Assembly: GCA_963514005.1 (NCBI GenBank)
Contig: OY740805.1
Span: 19,096,001 to 19,160,000 of the forward strand
Origin: Raja brachyura
Taxonomy: Eukaryota
DNA length: 64,000 bases
Direction: 5' to 3'
Numbering within the stretch: position 1 is the stretch's first letter; each line of letters starts with the position of its first letter. A program made the translations under genes and the position numbers. The notes beneath the pieces are model-generated. The model did no database searches. It worked only from the letters and a program-made list of their open reading frames with translations, and was not told the origin of the DNA. Shown one piece after another: positions 13,018 to 26,269 of this stretch.

Positions 13018-16000
13018 ATTTTTATTTTTTTGAATATATTTTTATTAGAGGCCATACATATAACAAATAATATAGCATTTTTTTCCAAATATAGTTGATA
13101 CATCTTTCCAAAATTATATAAATGTTAACAAAATATATATATTGGCGTCACTTTTTTTATAGAGTGAAAAAAGTATAAAGAAAGAATAGTGAATAATTAT
13201 AAGAGTATGATTATAGTTGATTAAGACAAAGAAGAGAGAGAAGGAAAAAAAAAATAAATAAAATAAAATAAAATAAACAAAAACAAAAAACAAAAAAATA
13301 AAAAATAAAAATAAAAATATTTGTGGAAAAGAAAACGGTATACAACTTGTCAATGAGTGGAACAATTTCTAATTATAATATATGGAGACAAGTATATAAA
13401 TCTGATCTTAAACATTTTTGTTTGATCTTTCCACCGGGTACTCATTGAGTTTCAATGCTGAGCCCAGCTACCCCTTCATATAATCAGTGAATGGAGACCA
13501 TATTTGTTCAAAAATCTCAGGTTTATCCATTAGGATAAATCTAATTCTCTCCAATTGTAATGTCTCCAACATTTCCAATGTCCACATTTTAATTGTCGGG
13601 GATAATGGTCCCTTCCAAAATTGTAATATTAATTTTTTTCCAATTATTAAACAGTAATCCAGAAAATTTCTTTGATTTACTGTTAAAATTTGAGTTGAAT
13701 CTAAAACCCCAAATATAATTAATTTTGAGTCAGGGCTTAATGTGATCTTTAAAACTGTGGAAATAATTTTAAAAATCTCAGTCCAATAACTTTTAAGTTT
13801 TGTACATATTACAAAACTATGATTTAAATCGGCTTCTATGTGGTGACATTTATCACATAATGGTGATATAGTAGGAAAAATTCTATTTAATTTCTTTTTT
13901 GAGTAGTGTAATCTATGTATTACTTTGAATTGTATCAAGGTATGCCTGGCATTTAACGAACAGCGATGAATTCGTTGTAAGCTTTCCTCCCATAAATCTT
14001 CTGTTATAGGTAAACCAATTTTATTTTCCCATTTTTGTCGGAATAGTACCGTTTTTGGCAATTCCCTGTCCAAAAAAATATTATATATATCTGCTATTAA
14101 TTTTTCTGTTGTTGGATGGTTGTTAAGTACTTCATCCAGTATACCTCGCTCTCTATTTCTGTAATTTAGCGTATTTAATTTGACATAATCTCTAATTTGT
14201 AAATATCCAAATAGATTATTTGCTTGCAGTCCATAAATCTCTTTCAACTCCTGGAATAAGAGGAATTTCCCATTCCTGTAAAGATGTTCTATCCTTATTA
14301 TTCCTAAGTTTTTCCAATGTCTAAACCCCACATCCAATGTCGAAGGTTTGAACATAGGATTATTCATAATTGGTAAACAAAGTGGTATAGTTTCTAAATG
14401 TAAAGTCTTAATGATTTGTTTCCAGGTACGTATATTATTTAAAATTATTGGTATATAATTTTTTTTGTACCACCCCAGGAGCAAGGAGTATTGTGTTTAT
14501 GTCGAAAGGGAAACACTCTTCCTTTTCTATTCTTAACCAAGCTGGGTCTTGTTCCATCTGTATCAACCAATAATTAAAGTTCTTAATCTGAACCGCCCAA
14601 AAATAATATAAAAAATTAGGTAAAGCTAATCCACCATTTATCTTAGATTTACATAAGTGTATTTACTTATTCTATGATTTTTGTAATCCCAAATGAAGCT
14701 ATTAACTATAGAATCAATTTTAAAAAAAATTAGGAAGATATAACGGAATGGCTTGAAATAAATATAGTAATTGAGGCAGAAAAATCATTTTAATGGCATT
14801 TATTCTACCGATCATTGATATCGGTAATGTTTTCCAATATAAAATATTTGTTTTTAATTTATTTAATAATTGAGGAAAATTAGATTTAAATAAAGAATTA
14901 TAAGATTTTGATACATTAATTCCAAGATTTTTAATTTGATTATTAGCTATTTTAAATGGAAATTTTTGTAATTTATTCAATTTAATTCCTGTTATAGGCA
15001 TAATTTCACTTTTGTTCCAGTTAATTCTATATCCTGAGAACTCACTAAATTCATTTATCACTTCAAGTACTTTAGGGATGCTAACCTCTGGTTTTGTTAT
15101 ATACAATAAAACATCATCTGCATATAAAGATATTTTATTAATTGTAGTTTTAGTATTATATCCATAAATTTCTGGTTCTACTCTAATCCTTTCGGCTAAT
15201 AATTCTATAGCGAGTGCAAATAGTAACGGTGATAACGGGCAACCTTGTCTACAACCCCTAGAAACATTGAATTTTGCTGATAACATTTGGTTTGTTAGGA
15301 TTCTTGCTGTTGGGCCTGAATATAAAATTCTAACCCATTTGCAAAATCCTTCTCCCAGTTGAAATTTCTGCATTATCCTAAATAAATAAGGCCATTCAAC
15401 CTGGTCAAACGCCTTCTCCGCATCCAGGGATATAACTGCTAGTTCAACATCAGTCATTCTTTTCGATAATATTAAACAGACGTCTTAAGTTATAAGTAGA
15501 ATAACGTTTAGAAATAAAACCTGTTTGATCATGATGTATTAATCTATTGATCACTAAACGTAACCGTTGAGATAAAATTTTTGTTAATATTTTTTGATCT
15601 GTATTTAAAAGAGCTATTGCTCTGTATGATCCTGGGTCTTCTGGATCTTTGTCTGCTTTATGAATAAGTGTAATTGTGGATTCTTTTAAGGTTTCTGGAA
15701 GTTGTTCTTGTTCGTAGGCAACTTTGTACATAATTTGTAACCGTGGGACGATCAAATCATGAAACGTCTTATAAAATTCAACCCCCAAACCATCGGGTCC
15801 TGCAGCTTTTCCATTCTTCAATGATCTAATTGATTCCTCAATATCTTTTGCTGATATTTCGGCATCTAATAATTCTCTACCTTCCCGATCTAATCCATTA
15901 ATGTTACATTTCTGGAGAAATGTTTCTATTTTCTCGGGTTGATCCGTCACTTTTGATGTATATAGTTTTTGATAGTATTGTTGAAATCTATCATTAATAT

Positions 16001-17624
16001 ATTTTGGTAAAGTTAATATATCTCCTTGTTCAGATTTGACCTTATGTATAATTTTCTCTTCTTCTGTTTTTCTTAGTTGCCGAGCTAACAATTTATGCGG
16101 TTTATCCCCAAATTGAAAATGTATTTGTTTGGTCTTTTGAAAAAGTTTAATAACGTACTTTGAATGTATCTCATTTAATTTGTATTTTAATGTTACAATT
16201 TTATTATGTATATCCCTAGATGGAGACATAGCATTTTCTATGTCCAACTGCCTTATTTAATTTTCCAATTTCTGTTGAATCTTTCTATTTTCCTTATTCA
16301 GATATGCCTGCGCTGAGATTGTAGCACCCCGTATAAAAGCTTTAAATGTGTCCCATAAGAGAGATGATGAAATTCCAGGTTTGTCATTGGTTTCAAAAAA
16401 TAATTCAATCTGTTTAACCAGATAATCTGAGCACATTTTATCGTTTAATATATGAGGATTAAGTCTCCATTGCGAATATCCTTTAGTTATACCCTTTAAG
16501 TTAATCTTAAATGTTAATGGAGCATGATCCGAAATAATAATATTATGGTATTTTGAGTCATACGTAAATGGGACAAGTTTTGAATCTATTAGAAAATAAT
16601 CTATCCTGGAGTATGTTCCAAATACCGGCGAGTAAAATGAGTATTCTCGGCCATTAGGATTTACATTTCTCCAAATATCTTTGACATTAGCTGATTTAAT
16701 AAAAGAATTTATGAATTCGCTTGATCTAGAAATAACCTTCCTTTTGATTGAAGATCTGTCTAAATAATTATCCAAAGTGCAATTTAAGTCGCCCCCAATT
16801 ATTAAATTGTTCTGTGTTACTGTAGGGATAGTATTAAACATTTTCTTAAAGAATAGTGGATTATCAAAATTTGGGCCATATATATTCATAAGTACGACCT
16901 TCTTCGAGTATAATTCACCCGTGACTATTATATATCTACCTTCTGGGTCCTCTATTATTGAACTATGTTTAAATTGAATAAGAATTGAATTATCCTTTAC
17001 GAATAAGAATGGCAACTCCTCGAGATTTATGAGTGAATGATGAATGATACACCCTAGAAATCCAATTTGCCGTTAACCTATATTGTGCCTCCTTTTTTAG
17101 ATGAGTCTCTTGAAGATAGATTATGTCAGCTTGTATTCTATTTAATTGCGCCAAAACCTTACCTCTTTTGATTGGTTCATTAATACCTTTTACATTCCAA
17201 CTACAGAAGGTGATTCCATCACCCCCCTTTTTCTTGTTAGTGTCTTGCATTAGGATGTTATGGTGGATTATAATGAGGTAGATGTCTCAGCACATATATC
17301 CTAATTTCGCACCCTAGTTTATGATCAACTAATACTAATAACATTATTTGGCATACATATCCTCTCCAGTCTACGGTATAATTCCATTCAAAAGTAAAAT
17401 AATATAATTCCACATATAATATATTAAAAAAGATAATATAAAAAAGAGAAAAGAAAATGTTAGTAATATTATTGGAAAGGTGCAGGAAAGAAAGAGTGTC
17501 TAAAGCTCCATAAAGTGGTGTTAGTGTAAGCCACACTAGCGTGGCTGTTAAACTACGGACTTCCGTTGGGAAAAAAAAAGATGTTTGTATTTCCAGTTCC
17601 GTAAATGCCTTAAGGGCAATATAT
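13018..17624 (-). mobile_element. L1-clade LINE, 5'-truncated (ORF1 end, frameshifted full-length ORF2 17250-13468, 3' UTR, A-rich tail)
   Basis: APE endonuclease (SWNVKG, LQETH, GGDLN, SRIDY, ISDHAP), RT (LDAEKAFD, RQGCPLSP, LYADD), C-terminal CDKC..H..C. The tail appears as a T-rich run at 13015-13032. Confidence 0.96.
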
Positions 17625-18171
17625 TTGATTTTTAAATTCTCAAAATGTTGTAACATTGCTACTCATTGATTCAAACAACTTCAACGCGGGAATAATCTCC
17701 GCTGCACAGCCTTCACAATCTACAAGTAGATCCTGAACATTGAAATTCCATCTCGACGACAAGAAAACTATGTGTTGGCGATTAAATCTGGCAGAACAAT
17801 CTAAAAGCAGCAGCGTTACATTGATTTTTAATGACTATTAAATGTAAAGTTAAAGCTTCCTGAAAATCTACCACGGCAATGCGTTACAGGCTATGTTTAA
17901 TGTATCCTGGCGTCTAGATTTTCATGCTTTACGTTAATGGAATTGGTAATTACTCTGAATTATAATCACGGTTCATCAAACTGGTTGTTCAAGTCAGGGT
18001 TAGCAGATAGTTTTCACTTTATGTAAATTAAAATCAAATCTTGTAATGCATTAAAATAAACATTGTTTCTCAGCTTCATAGACCATGAGCAAATTTAACA
18101 GATTTACGGTGGAAATAAAAAGGTTTCAAAAATAGTTTAATGGATGCTCACCGACAAATTATATCCACTTT
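17625..18171 (+). repeat. Direct repeat copy 2 (~547 bp) flanking L1
   Basis: Near-identical to 12470-13017. Confidence 0.95.
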
Positions 18172-18624
18172 AGATATAGTTTATGATCAGTATGCAGATG
18201 GAGGCACCTACAAACATGTCATGCATATGAAGTCGCCTGGAGAGCCAGTACCCTTTGGCGAGACGTCCACAATAAAGCGGAGACCATACTTCAAACTATT
18301 TCAAACAACATTTTGAAGTCGTTTGTTCCCCAATTGTGGTCGAAAGTTGCAATTGTCCATGGCGTATAATGGTGAACAGCAAATATAAGAAGCCGCCGTA
18401 TATGTATTTGTTATTTTGTTAGTGAAGCTACAACATGGAATGGACAGTTCACATACATGAGGCATTACATTTACATGCAGACCAATTGTTCAAAGCGTGC
18501 AATCTGTCATTGTTAAGATCAACTGTGTGTAAGGAGCGGAAGGAGGGCTTTTCCTTCAGCCGAGTGACCTTAAATAAGGCAGAAACGTATTTTACTGGTA
18601 TACATATTACTTATCGTGCGACAC

Positions 18625-18900
18625 AGAGACACCGCGGTGAAGTTGATGCCGTAGAACTCCAAAGACCTGGGTTCGATCCTGACTTCGGGTGTTGGGTGTA
18701 CAGAATCTGTCCGTTGTCCGTCTGAGGTTTCCTCCGGATGCTATGAGATCCTCTCAAATTCCAAAGACCTGCAGGTTGGCCGGTTAACTGCCCTCTGTAA
18801 ATTCTCCCTAGTTTGTAGGGGAGTCTATAGGATAGTGATTGCTGGTCAACGCAGACTCAGCGGGTCAAATAACCTGTTTCGACGCCATATCTCCGAACAA
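18625..18900 (+). mobile_element. V-SINE/HE1-type tRNA-derived SINE (old)
   Basis: B-box GGTTCGATCC at ~18670; central GGTTTCCTCCGG...CCAAAGAC domain. Confidence 0.75.
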
Positions 18901-19155
18901 GACGTGGAAATATCATTGTATCGGAAAGTGACATTCAAACATGTTACACTCGATTGTTGAATCCAATACATAAATGACGCAACAGAACACCTCTGATCAG
19001 GTCCGAATAAGAAATCCTTTTTAAATTCAGTAGGATGTTTGGAGTAATAATTTATAGAAATATGTATTTTTTAGATATATTTGCTGTGATGTTCGGTGCC
19101 GTCAGCAAAGCATGTGAATATATATATATGTAAAACCAGTCTGTGGCGCATTAAC

Positions 19156-19225
19156 CCACAACTCCAATGATTGCATGAATAGGATAGTGAATACTCTCCG
19201 TCTGCAGGATTACAGAGCTTCTCAT
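19156..19225 (-). pseudogene. Orphan GPR139-like exon 1 (MRSSVILQTESIHYPIHAIIGVV), degenerate
   Basis: 70 coding nt, paralogous to 46599-46668. YYP>HYP, L>H and P>V changes; weak donor GTTAAT; no exon 2 found downstream. Confidence 0.8.
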
Positions 19226-20604
19226 ATTCGAATAGAAGATTCGTTTCTACTCAGTTATACACGCACAGGGATCTCCAGCTTTCAAAATTAGCTGTTGCTT
19301 ATACTTTAAATAAACTTCGAGGGTGGAATAAACACGCACGATGATTGGTGTCATTCAGTCACGATCACAATAGTGAGGTTGTTTGTGTCATTCCCCTAAT
19401 CACTGTTACAATGGTAACTTGTGCACATATGAGTGAGCATTTGTAATCATCAACACATGATGCATCGGTTGGAAGCTAAAATATGTATTTAACATTTCAT
19501 TAATGCGGTTTCTCTTGATATTTCTTAGTTAGATGCATCAGGAATTTCTGATTTGCATCTTGTATTTCGTCCACGTATCAAGTACAAATACAGCCAGATT
19601 ACACAGATATTACAATTTTCGGAGACTATAGTAAAATATGAACATCTGGCAGAAATATTACACAAAGCAAGATAAACAACAATAGAACAGTTTATAAGTG
19701 TTCTGATGCAATGCACGCGCAATCACGTGTGGAACATTAATGTTATGCCATCGTGAAGAAATCGTTATTGTTTAGTAGAGATTCGGGGATTTCAGTTATG
19801 TTTCAATGAAACAGCGGGACCCGTGTGAGATGAGGAACATGCCCATGGACTTCTGACCTAATATGCTGCATTCGGTGCTCCAGATGTGAGGTCCTCTGCA
19901 TGTGTGAAACGATGGTTTTGTTGAAACTCTGCCGAATGATTTGCAGGGCCACTGCTCTGTCCGTAACGGCCATCTACAGCTTTCAATTGGTTGTTATTTC
20001 ACCTCCTGGTTCTACTCACAAACCGGACTACACGTTCTCAACCTTCCCCATTGTCACATAGGACAGTTGAAAACATTAAAGGACAAGATCTGATGTTACA
20101 ATTCGGTAGCCCAATGTAACGAATAATGATTTTGCCAATTCAATGTAACCCACAGTATCCTTCCACAATCTTGCTTCTCTACCTAGTTTATTCCGCAGTC
20201 ATACTCCTTCATTTAACCGGTTCCATCCTTCCTTCTGCCCTCCCTACGCCACCTGGCTCAACCAGATTCCATCCCACATCTGTCCCCTTTAGTTGCAAAA
20301 TGTTGGCTTCTTCCGTGATCTTACTCATTCTTTCTGCAGGGTCTCCACTAGAATCGATAATCTACACAATTTGTTTCCATGGTTGCAGCGTGACCCAGAG
20401 TGTTCTTGCAAGGTTATTCATTTTCATTGATAGAAAGGTGCAGCCGCTGATCGTGGATGTTCATGCACGGACAAACATCGTTCATCACTCTTAACTACAT
20501 CTAAATTAAATGATCTAAACATCCGCACCGGAGGATGGGAATCTGGATCATTTGATAATTTTGACTCCGCAATGGAAGCACATGGTTATAATTTATGTTT
20601 GATT

Positions 20605-20750
20605 TAGGTCTTAGGGTAAAGGAGTCAAGGGATATGGGGAAAAAGCCGGAACGGTACCGATGTTAGATGATCAACCATGATCATATTGAACGGCGGTGCT
20701 GGCTCGAAGGGCAGAATGGCCTACTAATTTTATAAGTTTTTATCTTTCTT
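20605..20750 (+). mobile_element. CR1 3' end
   Basis: GGAGTCAAGGGATATGGG...GGCTCGAAGGGCAGAATGGCCTACT. Confidence 0.8.
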
Positions 20751-20769
20751 TGATCATATTCAATAGCGC

Positions 20770-21425
20770 TACCTCACCAACAGTCTGTCTCGTTCATTCC
20801 TTCTTTCTTGTTTTAAAGTATATGTTAAATGTATGTTTTAGTGTTCTTTAGCTTGTTTTATGTGTGTGGGGGGGATGCGATTTACTGTCGATATCGTATC
20901 CCCGTCCGCACTGCAGCCTAACATCGTAGAGTTGGCGCCCTCTGCTGGAGATCGACTTCACACATCCAGCCGCGGGAGCCTGCGGACTAACCAGCGTGGA
21001 GCTTGTAATCCCTTTGCCAGCGATCGATCTCGGAGATCCAACTGTGAGAGCCTGCAGACCTTAATACCGTGGAGCTCGAGGTCCCTTGTTTGAGCCGGAA
21101 TTCGGGAGCTCCAGGCCGCATGTGCTGCGATCGACATGACGCGGGAGCATCGATAGCGGCGACGCGGGGGGCTTCGGTCGCCCGCTGCGGGAGCTTCGAT
21201 CGCCCCGACTGCGGATGGTTCAAGCCCCAACCTCGGGAGAAACAAGAGGAAAAATATTAGACTTTAATGTCTTCTAATACAGTGAGGAATGTGGGGAATT
21301 CGCTGTGATGGATGTGTATGTTAACTTTTATGTAGTTCTGTGTCTTGTTGCTTTTTTTAGTATGGCTGTATGGTAAATCGGATATCGCTGTACCTTAAGT
21401 GGTACTCGTGACAATGAAAGAGCTT
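20770..21425 (+). mobile_element. GC-rich non-autonomous interspersed repeat with LINE-like 3' tail
   Basis: Same family as 55925-56675 (-): shared GCCTAACATC, GTTTTATGTG.GGGG and a matching 3' region. Confidence 0.55.
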
Positions 21426-21439
21426 TTATCCTTTGAAGG

Positions 21440-22060
21440 TTTGAACATCCCTCTCCGCCAGAAATTGTCAAACAACGTCCCTACCACTGACAGTAGACTT
21501 ATCCTCGCTTTTCATGTTGCATAACAATACCGGTTTTGCTGGTCTCCAGTCATTTTCAGAACTGTCTGTCGTCAACGAAAACTATGAAATGTCTAGCACG
21601 TCCCCAATGATAGTATCGCCTGCGTTCCATGGCTGCATGTGATACGCCTTGTTATCCCTTGGGATCTATCAGTGTTTAAACTTCGGATCCTATCTCATGC
21701 TTGTTCCTTAAATAACCACGTGCAATAGAATCCCATTGTCACTCGCTGAATTTAGCAAACGCACTGCCCTACCTCACAGTGAATTCAAGTCGAAAGTACT
21801 TAGTGAAGGGCACATCTGCATATGTTTGATCACCAATGGTCCCGCTCGCTCCCAGATTATCCTCTTGCTCTTAATGTATTGATACTTTGGTATATTTATT
21901 AACCTTATCAGCAATGGAGACGTATTTCTTCCCTCTTCTTTGCCAATTAATGTTCCACGTTTCCCTGCACACTTTATAAAATATTGCAATGGATACATTG
22001 AATCGGTATACATGGATCGGTATCTGACTCAGTGACTCTTTAACTGTAAAGGGAGGAACC
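21440..22060 (+). pseudogene. Decayed LRR + TM1 (LGR-like) fossil, divergent from exon 1 at 19225
   Basis: FAGLQSFSELSVVNEN (21535-21582), followed by LLMY*YFGIFINLISNGDVF (~21868-21927). Confidence 0.4.
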
Positions 22061-22129
22061 CACACGTAAAGGGAGGAACCCACACGAACTGCCCTTACCC
22101 ATTATTTAGGCAGGCTCCGGAGCAGGACC

Positions 22130-22720
22130 TCTGCGACAGTGCGACATCTCATCAACTGTTAAGAGAGCGCAGCAGCGGTTGCACTTTCTGCGCCGGATGA
22201 GAAGAGCTCATCTCCCCCATCCCATCCTCAATACTTTCTACAGGGGCACCATAGAGAGTATTCTGACCAGCTGTATCTCTGTCTGGTTTGGGGACTGTAG
22301 AGCCTCCGACTGGAAGTCTGTGCAGAGAGTGGTGAGGACAGCGGAGAAAATCATCGGGACCTCTCTCCCCTCAATCGGGGTTATTGCGACCAAACGCTGT
22401 GTGTCTAAGGCCAGCAGTATTATAAAAGACCCCACACATCTCCATCACGGACTGTTCACTCTGCTGCCCTCGGGAAAAAGATACCGCAGCATAAGGAGCA
22501 GAATATCAAGGTTCTGCAACAGCTTCTTCCCACTCCTGCAATCAGACTCCTGAATGCCATGTAATGGGCTGCCACTAGTGTCTATTTATCCTTTTCACCC
22601 ATGCCTATCCTTCGGTTAATTTATTGTGTTGCACAGGGAGCCAAATGCAACGTAATTTCGTTTGGAACTGCATGTATCAATGTATTTCTAAATGACAATA
22701 AAGTTTGTTTGACTTTTGAT
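22130..22720 (+). mobile_element. Rex1/Babar LINE 3' fragment
   Basis: AQQRLHFLRRM...FYRGTIESILTSCISVW...LLPSGKRYRS...NSFFP; AATAAA at ~22698. Confidence 0.85.
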
Positions 22721-23449
22721 TAAGAAACACTCACAATTATATGCATATTATTTGTATATAATATAATCATACCTAATTACATATGATTACAGTCATATAT
22801 AATATATATATATATCTATCTATATAACCCTATATATAACCATATATAAATATAGGTATAATAATATATGGTTTATATGGACTGCAACACGTAAATATGC
22901 TGCCCATGGTGTAATATGGGCTTTGGCCACTAGATGGCGCTTACTTTCCCGTTCTCATTTTCTAATTAGTTTAATTAATTAATGTACGACGTTTGGCAAT
23001 GGCGAGTTGTGACATCCTTCGCAATTATATTTCATCTAAATCTGTGGAAAATGTCATGTAGTTCTGTGACCTTGGTCACGAAAACTGATTTCTAGACCCT
23101 TTTGTGATGCTCGGCCCACAGCCTTCGTGAACTGAAAAAAAAATCATTGAGTAGTTTCTAAAAATACGTCAATCCAGAATTTAGAACTGTGGTTTAGGCT
23201 CTCGGGATGGTAGGGAATGCGTACCTATTTAATGCAGATCTTGGACAATGGAAAATGCCTCTGTATTACATGTAATGCTCTACAATCACTCGCGTTGAGA
23301 AGCATCGATCCCAGCCCTTCGTCTAGCAATCGCACGAAGAAAGAAATCGGAGCAATATCAGGCTGTTCCCGGTACAACATGCATTTTACTGAATTTTACC
23401 GCAACTTTACTGACGCCGTTCCACAAACGACAGAGATGATGGAAGGTTG

Positions 23450-23537
23450 ACAAAAGTGCTGGAGAAACTCAACGGGAGCAGCAGCATCTATGGAGCGAAG
23501 GAAACAGGCAACGTTTGGAGACGAAATCCTTCTTCAG
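23450..23537 (-). mobile_element. Penelope terminal fragment with degenerate hammerhead motif
   Basis: Reverse strand reads CTGAAGAAGGATTTCGTCTCCAAACGTTGCC. Confidence 0.6.
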
Positions 23538-24084
23538 TAATGTGATGTTGGAAATATTTTTGTAACAATATGCTGACTGGCCTGCCCGAAGTTCCCAATC
23601 GTTTATGTCATTGTGCAGATTTCTGGAAATTGCAACACTGGAGACTGCTTAGTCCATCCTTACACGCCAGTGTAAAGAAGACCAACATGTTCCAATGTCA
23701 TACCGTGACCCATATCATTCAGACATATCTATTTTAAACATGTATTTATACATCTACACTTGCTTTAACTGTTATTGAAATTAGGATGCAATATTAGTAT
23801 TTCAAGAAATTTGAATGTATTTATAGATACAGGGAGAAAATAAAGAAACCATTATGCGTCAGACAGAAACGGCAGAGGGATTTAATCTGTTCGGTCTTAG
23901 ATCATTTATCAGATCATCTCTCCGAATTTCCCCTTTCTTTTATTGTGCATTCAGATTTCCCGTGTCTGTATTTATCACAAAATTAATATAGATTAACTCT
24001 GCAGCCTAGAATTATTGTTTGAAAGATACAGCAAGGTCACACAGATTTTACGTCAACTGGCAAAGGCCCGTTCTCAGAATAGGA

Positions 24085-25880
24085 ACAATGAACTGCAGAT
24101 ACTGGCTTATCAAATAGGACACGGGTGTACAGGAGGCCACATCGTCAACAAGTGATGCAGTAGTTGTGGTTAACGGAAGTGAACATGCACATCCGTCTCA
24201 CCTGGAAGGTCTACTGGGGTACCTGGATGAAGTTGAAGGATGAATTAGAGGGAAAGTGTTATATATCATGCGGTTGCAGAAAAACGTAGCCGGGATGGGA
24301 TGATTTGAGTGGATGAGTGAAACAAGGTCTTGCGGAAGGTGGAATGCGATTGAGGTGGAAAGATGTGACTGGAATTGAGATGACGTTGAATGTGACGGAA
24401 ATGTCTAAGTTGTTGGTGCGGAGGATGGTGGGATTATAGGTGATGACAACGAGAATTCTATCCTTGTTCCGTTATGGGGAGGAGAGTGGGAACAACGAGC
24501 GCAGAACTAGGAGACAGAGGATAATCGGGTGAGGAACGGGTAAAGATAGGGGACAACAGGGTAAAACTGCGTTTACTAAAGTATATGGACATCCCATAAT
24601 TATTTAAATGGAAAAGTTGATCTTGGGACCAGTCATGGCCAAGAGAGGAATCCAAGTAGCGATTCAAGGAGTGTAGTAGATACTTAAAGGCGTTTGATGT
24701 CTTGCCGGCAGTTGGACATTTTAAAAAAATCAACAAAGTGCGGAAGGCCTGTAGGTGGACGCCAAGCGCGGGATGAATGTTGGGGACGGGAGAATGGGTC
24801 GTCACTGGTAAGCGAAGATACCATACCACACGGAGGTGAGGGTCTATGGTCGCTAAGGATGGTCGCTATGGTCGCTGAGGGTCTATGGTATCGCTAAGGA
24901 TTTGAGTATAGGAGCAGGGAGGTTCTACTGCAGTTGTACAGGGTTTTGGTGAGGCCACACCTGGAGTATTGCGTACAGTTTTGGTCTCCAAATCTGAGGA
25001 AAGACATCCTTGCCATAGAGGGGGTACAGAGAAGATTCATCAGACTGATTCCTGGGATGTCAGGACTTTCATATGAGGATAGATTGGATAGACTCGGCTT
25101 GTACTCGCTGGAATTTAGAAGATTGAGGGGGGATCTTATAGAAACTTACAAAATTCTTCAGGGGTTGGACAAGCTAGATGCTGGAAGATTGTTTCCGATG
25201 TTGGGGGAGTCCAGAACAAGGGGTCACAGCCTCAGGATAAGGGGGAATTCCTTTGGGACCGAAATGAGGAAAATATTTTTTACACAGAGAGTGGTGATTC
25301 TCTGGAATTCTCTGCCACAGAAGGTAGTTGAAGCCAGTTCATTGGCTATAGTTAAGAGGGCGTTAGATGTGGCACTTGTGGCTAAAGGGATCAGGGGGTA
25401 TGGAGAGAAGGCAGGTACGGGATACTGAGTTGGATGATCAGCCATGATCACATTGAATGGCGGTGCAGGCTCGAAGGGCCCAATGGCCTACTCCTGCACC
25501 TATTTTCTATGTTTCTATGTTTCTATGGTCGCAAGGGAGACAGGGAATAAGGATTGCTGTGGTGAAGTTTTGTGAGTGGACGAAGGGGCGAAGGGACGAA
25601 GGGAGACAGGTAATAAGGAATGCTCTGGTGAGAATTTGTGTGCGGACGAAGGGGTGAGATGGGCTGCATGCGTGGCGGGTAGGTGACGATGCATGCTTTG
25701 AGGGTTGATGGTGTCGTGGGCAAGTAGGGTCGCGAGACAGCGGAGAACTTTGGTGCGATGGCATAAGTAGACCAAGCTTGGAAGCGCCCTGAGTTGGGTG
25801 AACGCAGTGGAGATTGTTCGGTCCAACCTGGACGTGCTTGTGGAGGTGGCGGCGGGTCGAAGATGGGACCACATTCAGAC
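24085..25880 (-). mobile_element. Old Penelope-like body fragments, interrupted by CR1
   Basis: Nucleotide similarity to 32770-33715 and 50960-51520 (TCACCTGGAAGG...GGGT.CCTGGATG; AGAACTAGGAGACAGAGG). Confidence 0.5.
24893..25527 (+). mobile_element. CR1 LINE 3' fragment (relatively young)
   Basis: Open 164-aa ORF2 C-terminus at 24934-25428; (TTTCTATG)3 tail. Confidence 0.95.
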
Positions 25881-26115
25881 TAGGTCAATGTTATCCCTCT
25901 TTCTCGTCCATTTCCTATATTTCTCCGGGCAATTTGCAGACACCGTATGCCCTAAAATCCCGCACATCTTTCGGATGTGGGTGGAAGCCAGGAGCACCCG
26001 ATGCAAACACTGAGACAGCATGCAAACTGCATTCAGCTAACTTTCGATGTCAGAATACAACGCGGGTTTCTGGAGCAATGAGGCAGCTGCTTTACCAGTT
26101 GCTCCACCGTGCCCC
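25880..26115 (-). mobile_element. V-SINE/HE1-type SINE (old)
   Basis: Reverse-strand tRNA-like head (GGTGGAGCAACTGGTA...) and central domain. Confidence 0.65.
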
Positions 26116-26269
26116 TAAATTTCCCCTTTAGTCAGTTTGAAATTGGGTATTTACAGTCAGCCTATCTAGGTTGTAATTAAATATAGCGATTGCTCAAGTC
26201 TCCCTCATTGAAAATATGCCACAAGCAAACACTTTCCGCATCATGTTGACCAGAACTGTACACTATTTT

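Noticed and set aside
13114-13365. Hydrophobic 83-aa ORF
   Set aside because: Translation of the T-rich L1 3' UTR.
13468-17250. Active L1 ORF2 or four separate genes
   Set aside because: A single ORF2 broken by several frameshifts, with ORF1 and promoter missing.
24835-24900. Short tandem ATGGTCGCT(A/G)AGG repeats
   Set aside because: Slippage or target duplication at the 5' junction of the CR1 insertion (ATGGTCGC recurs after the tail at ~25526); no spacers.
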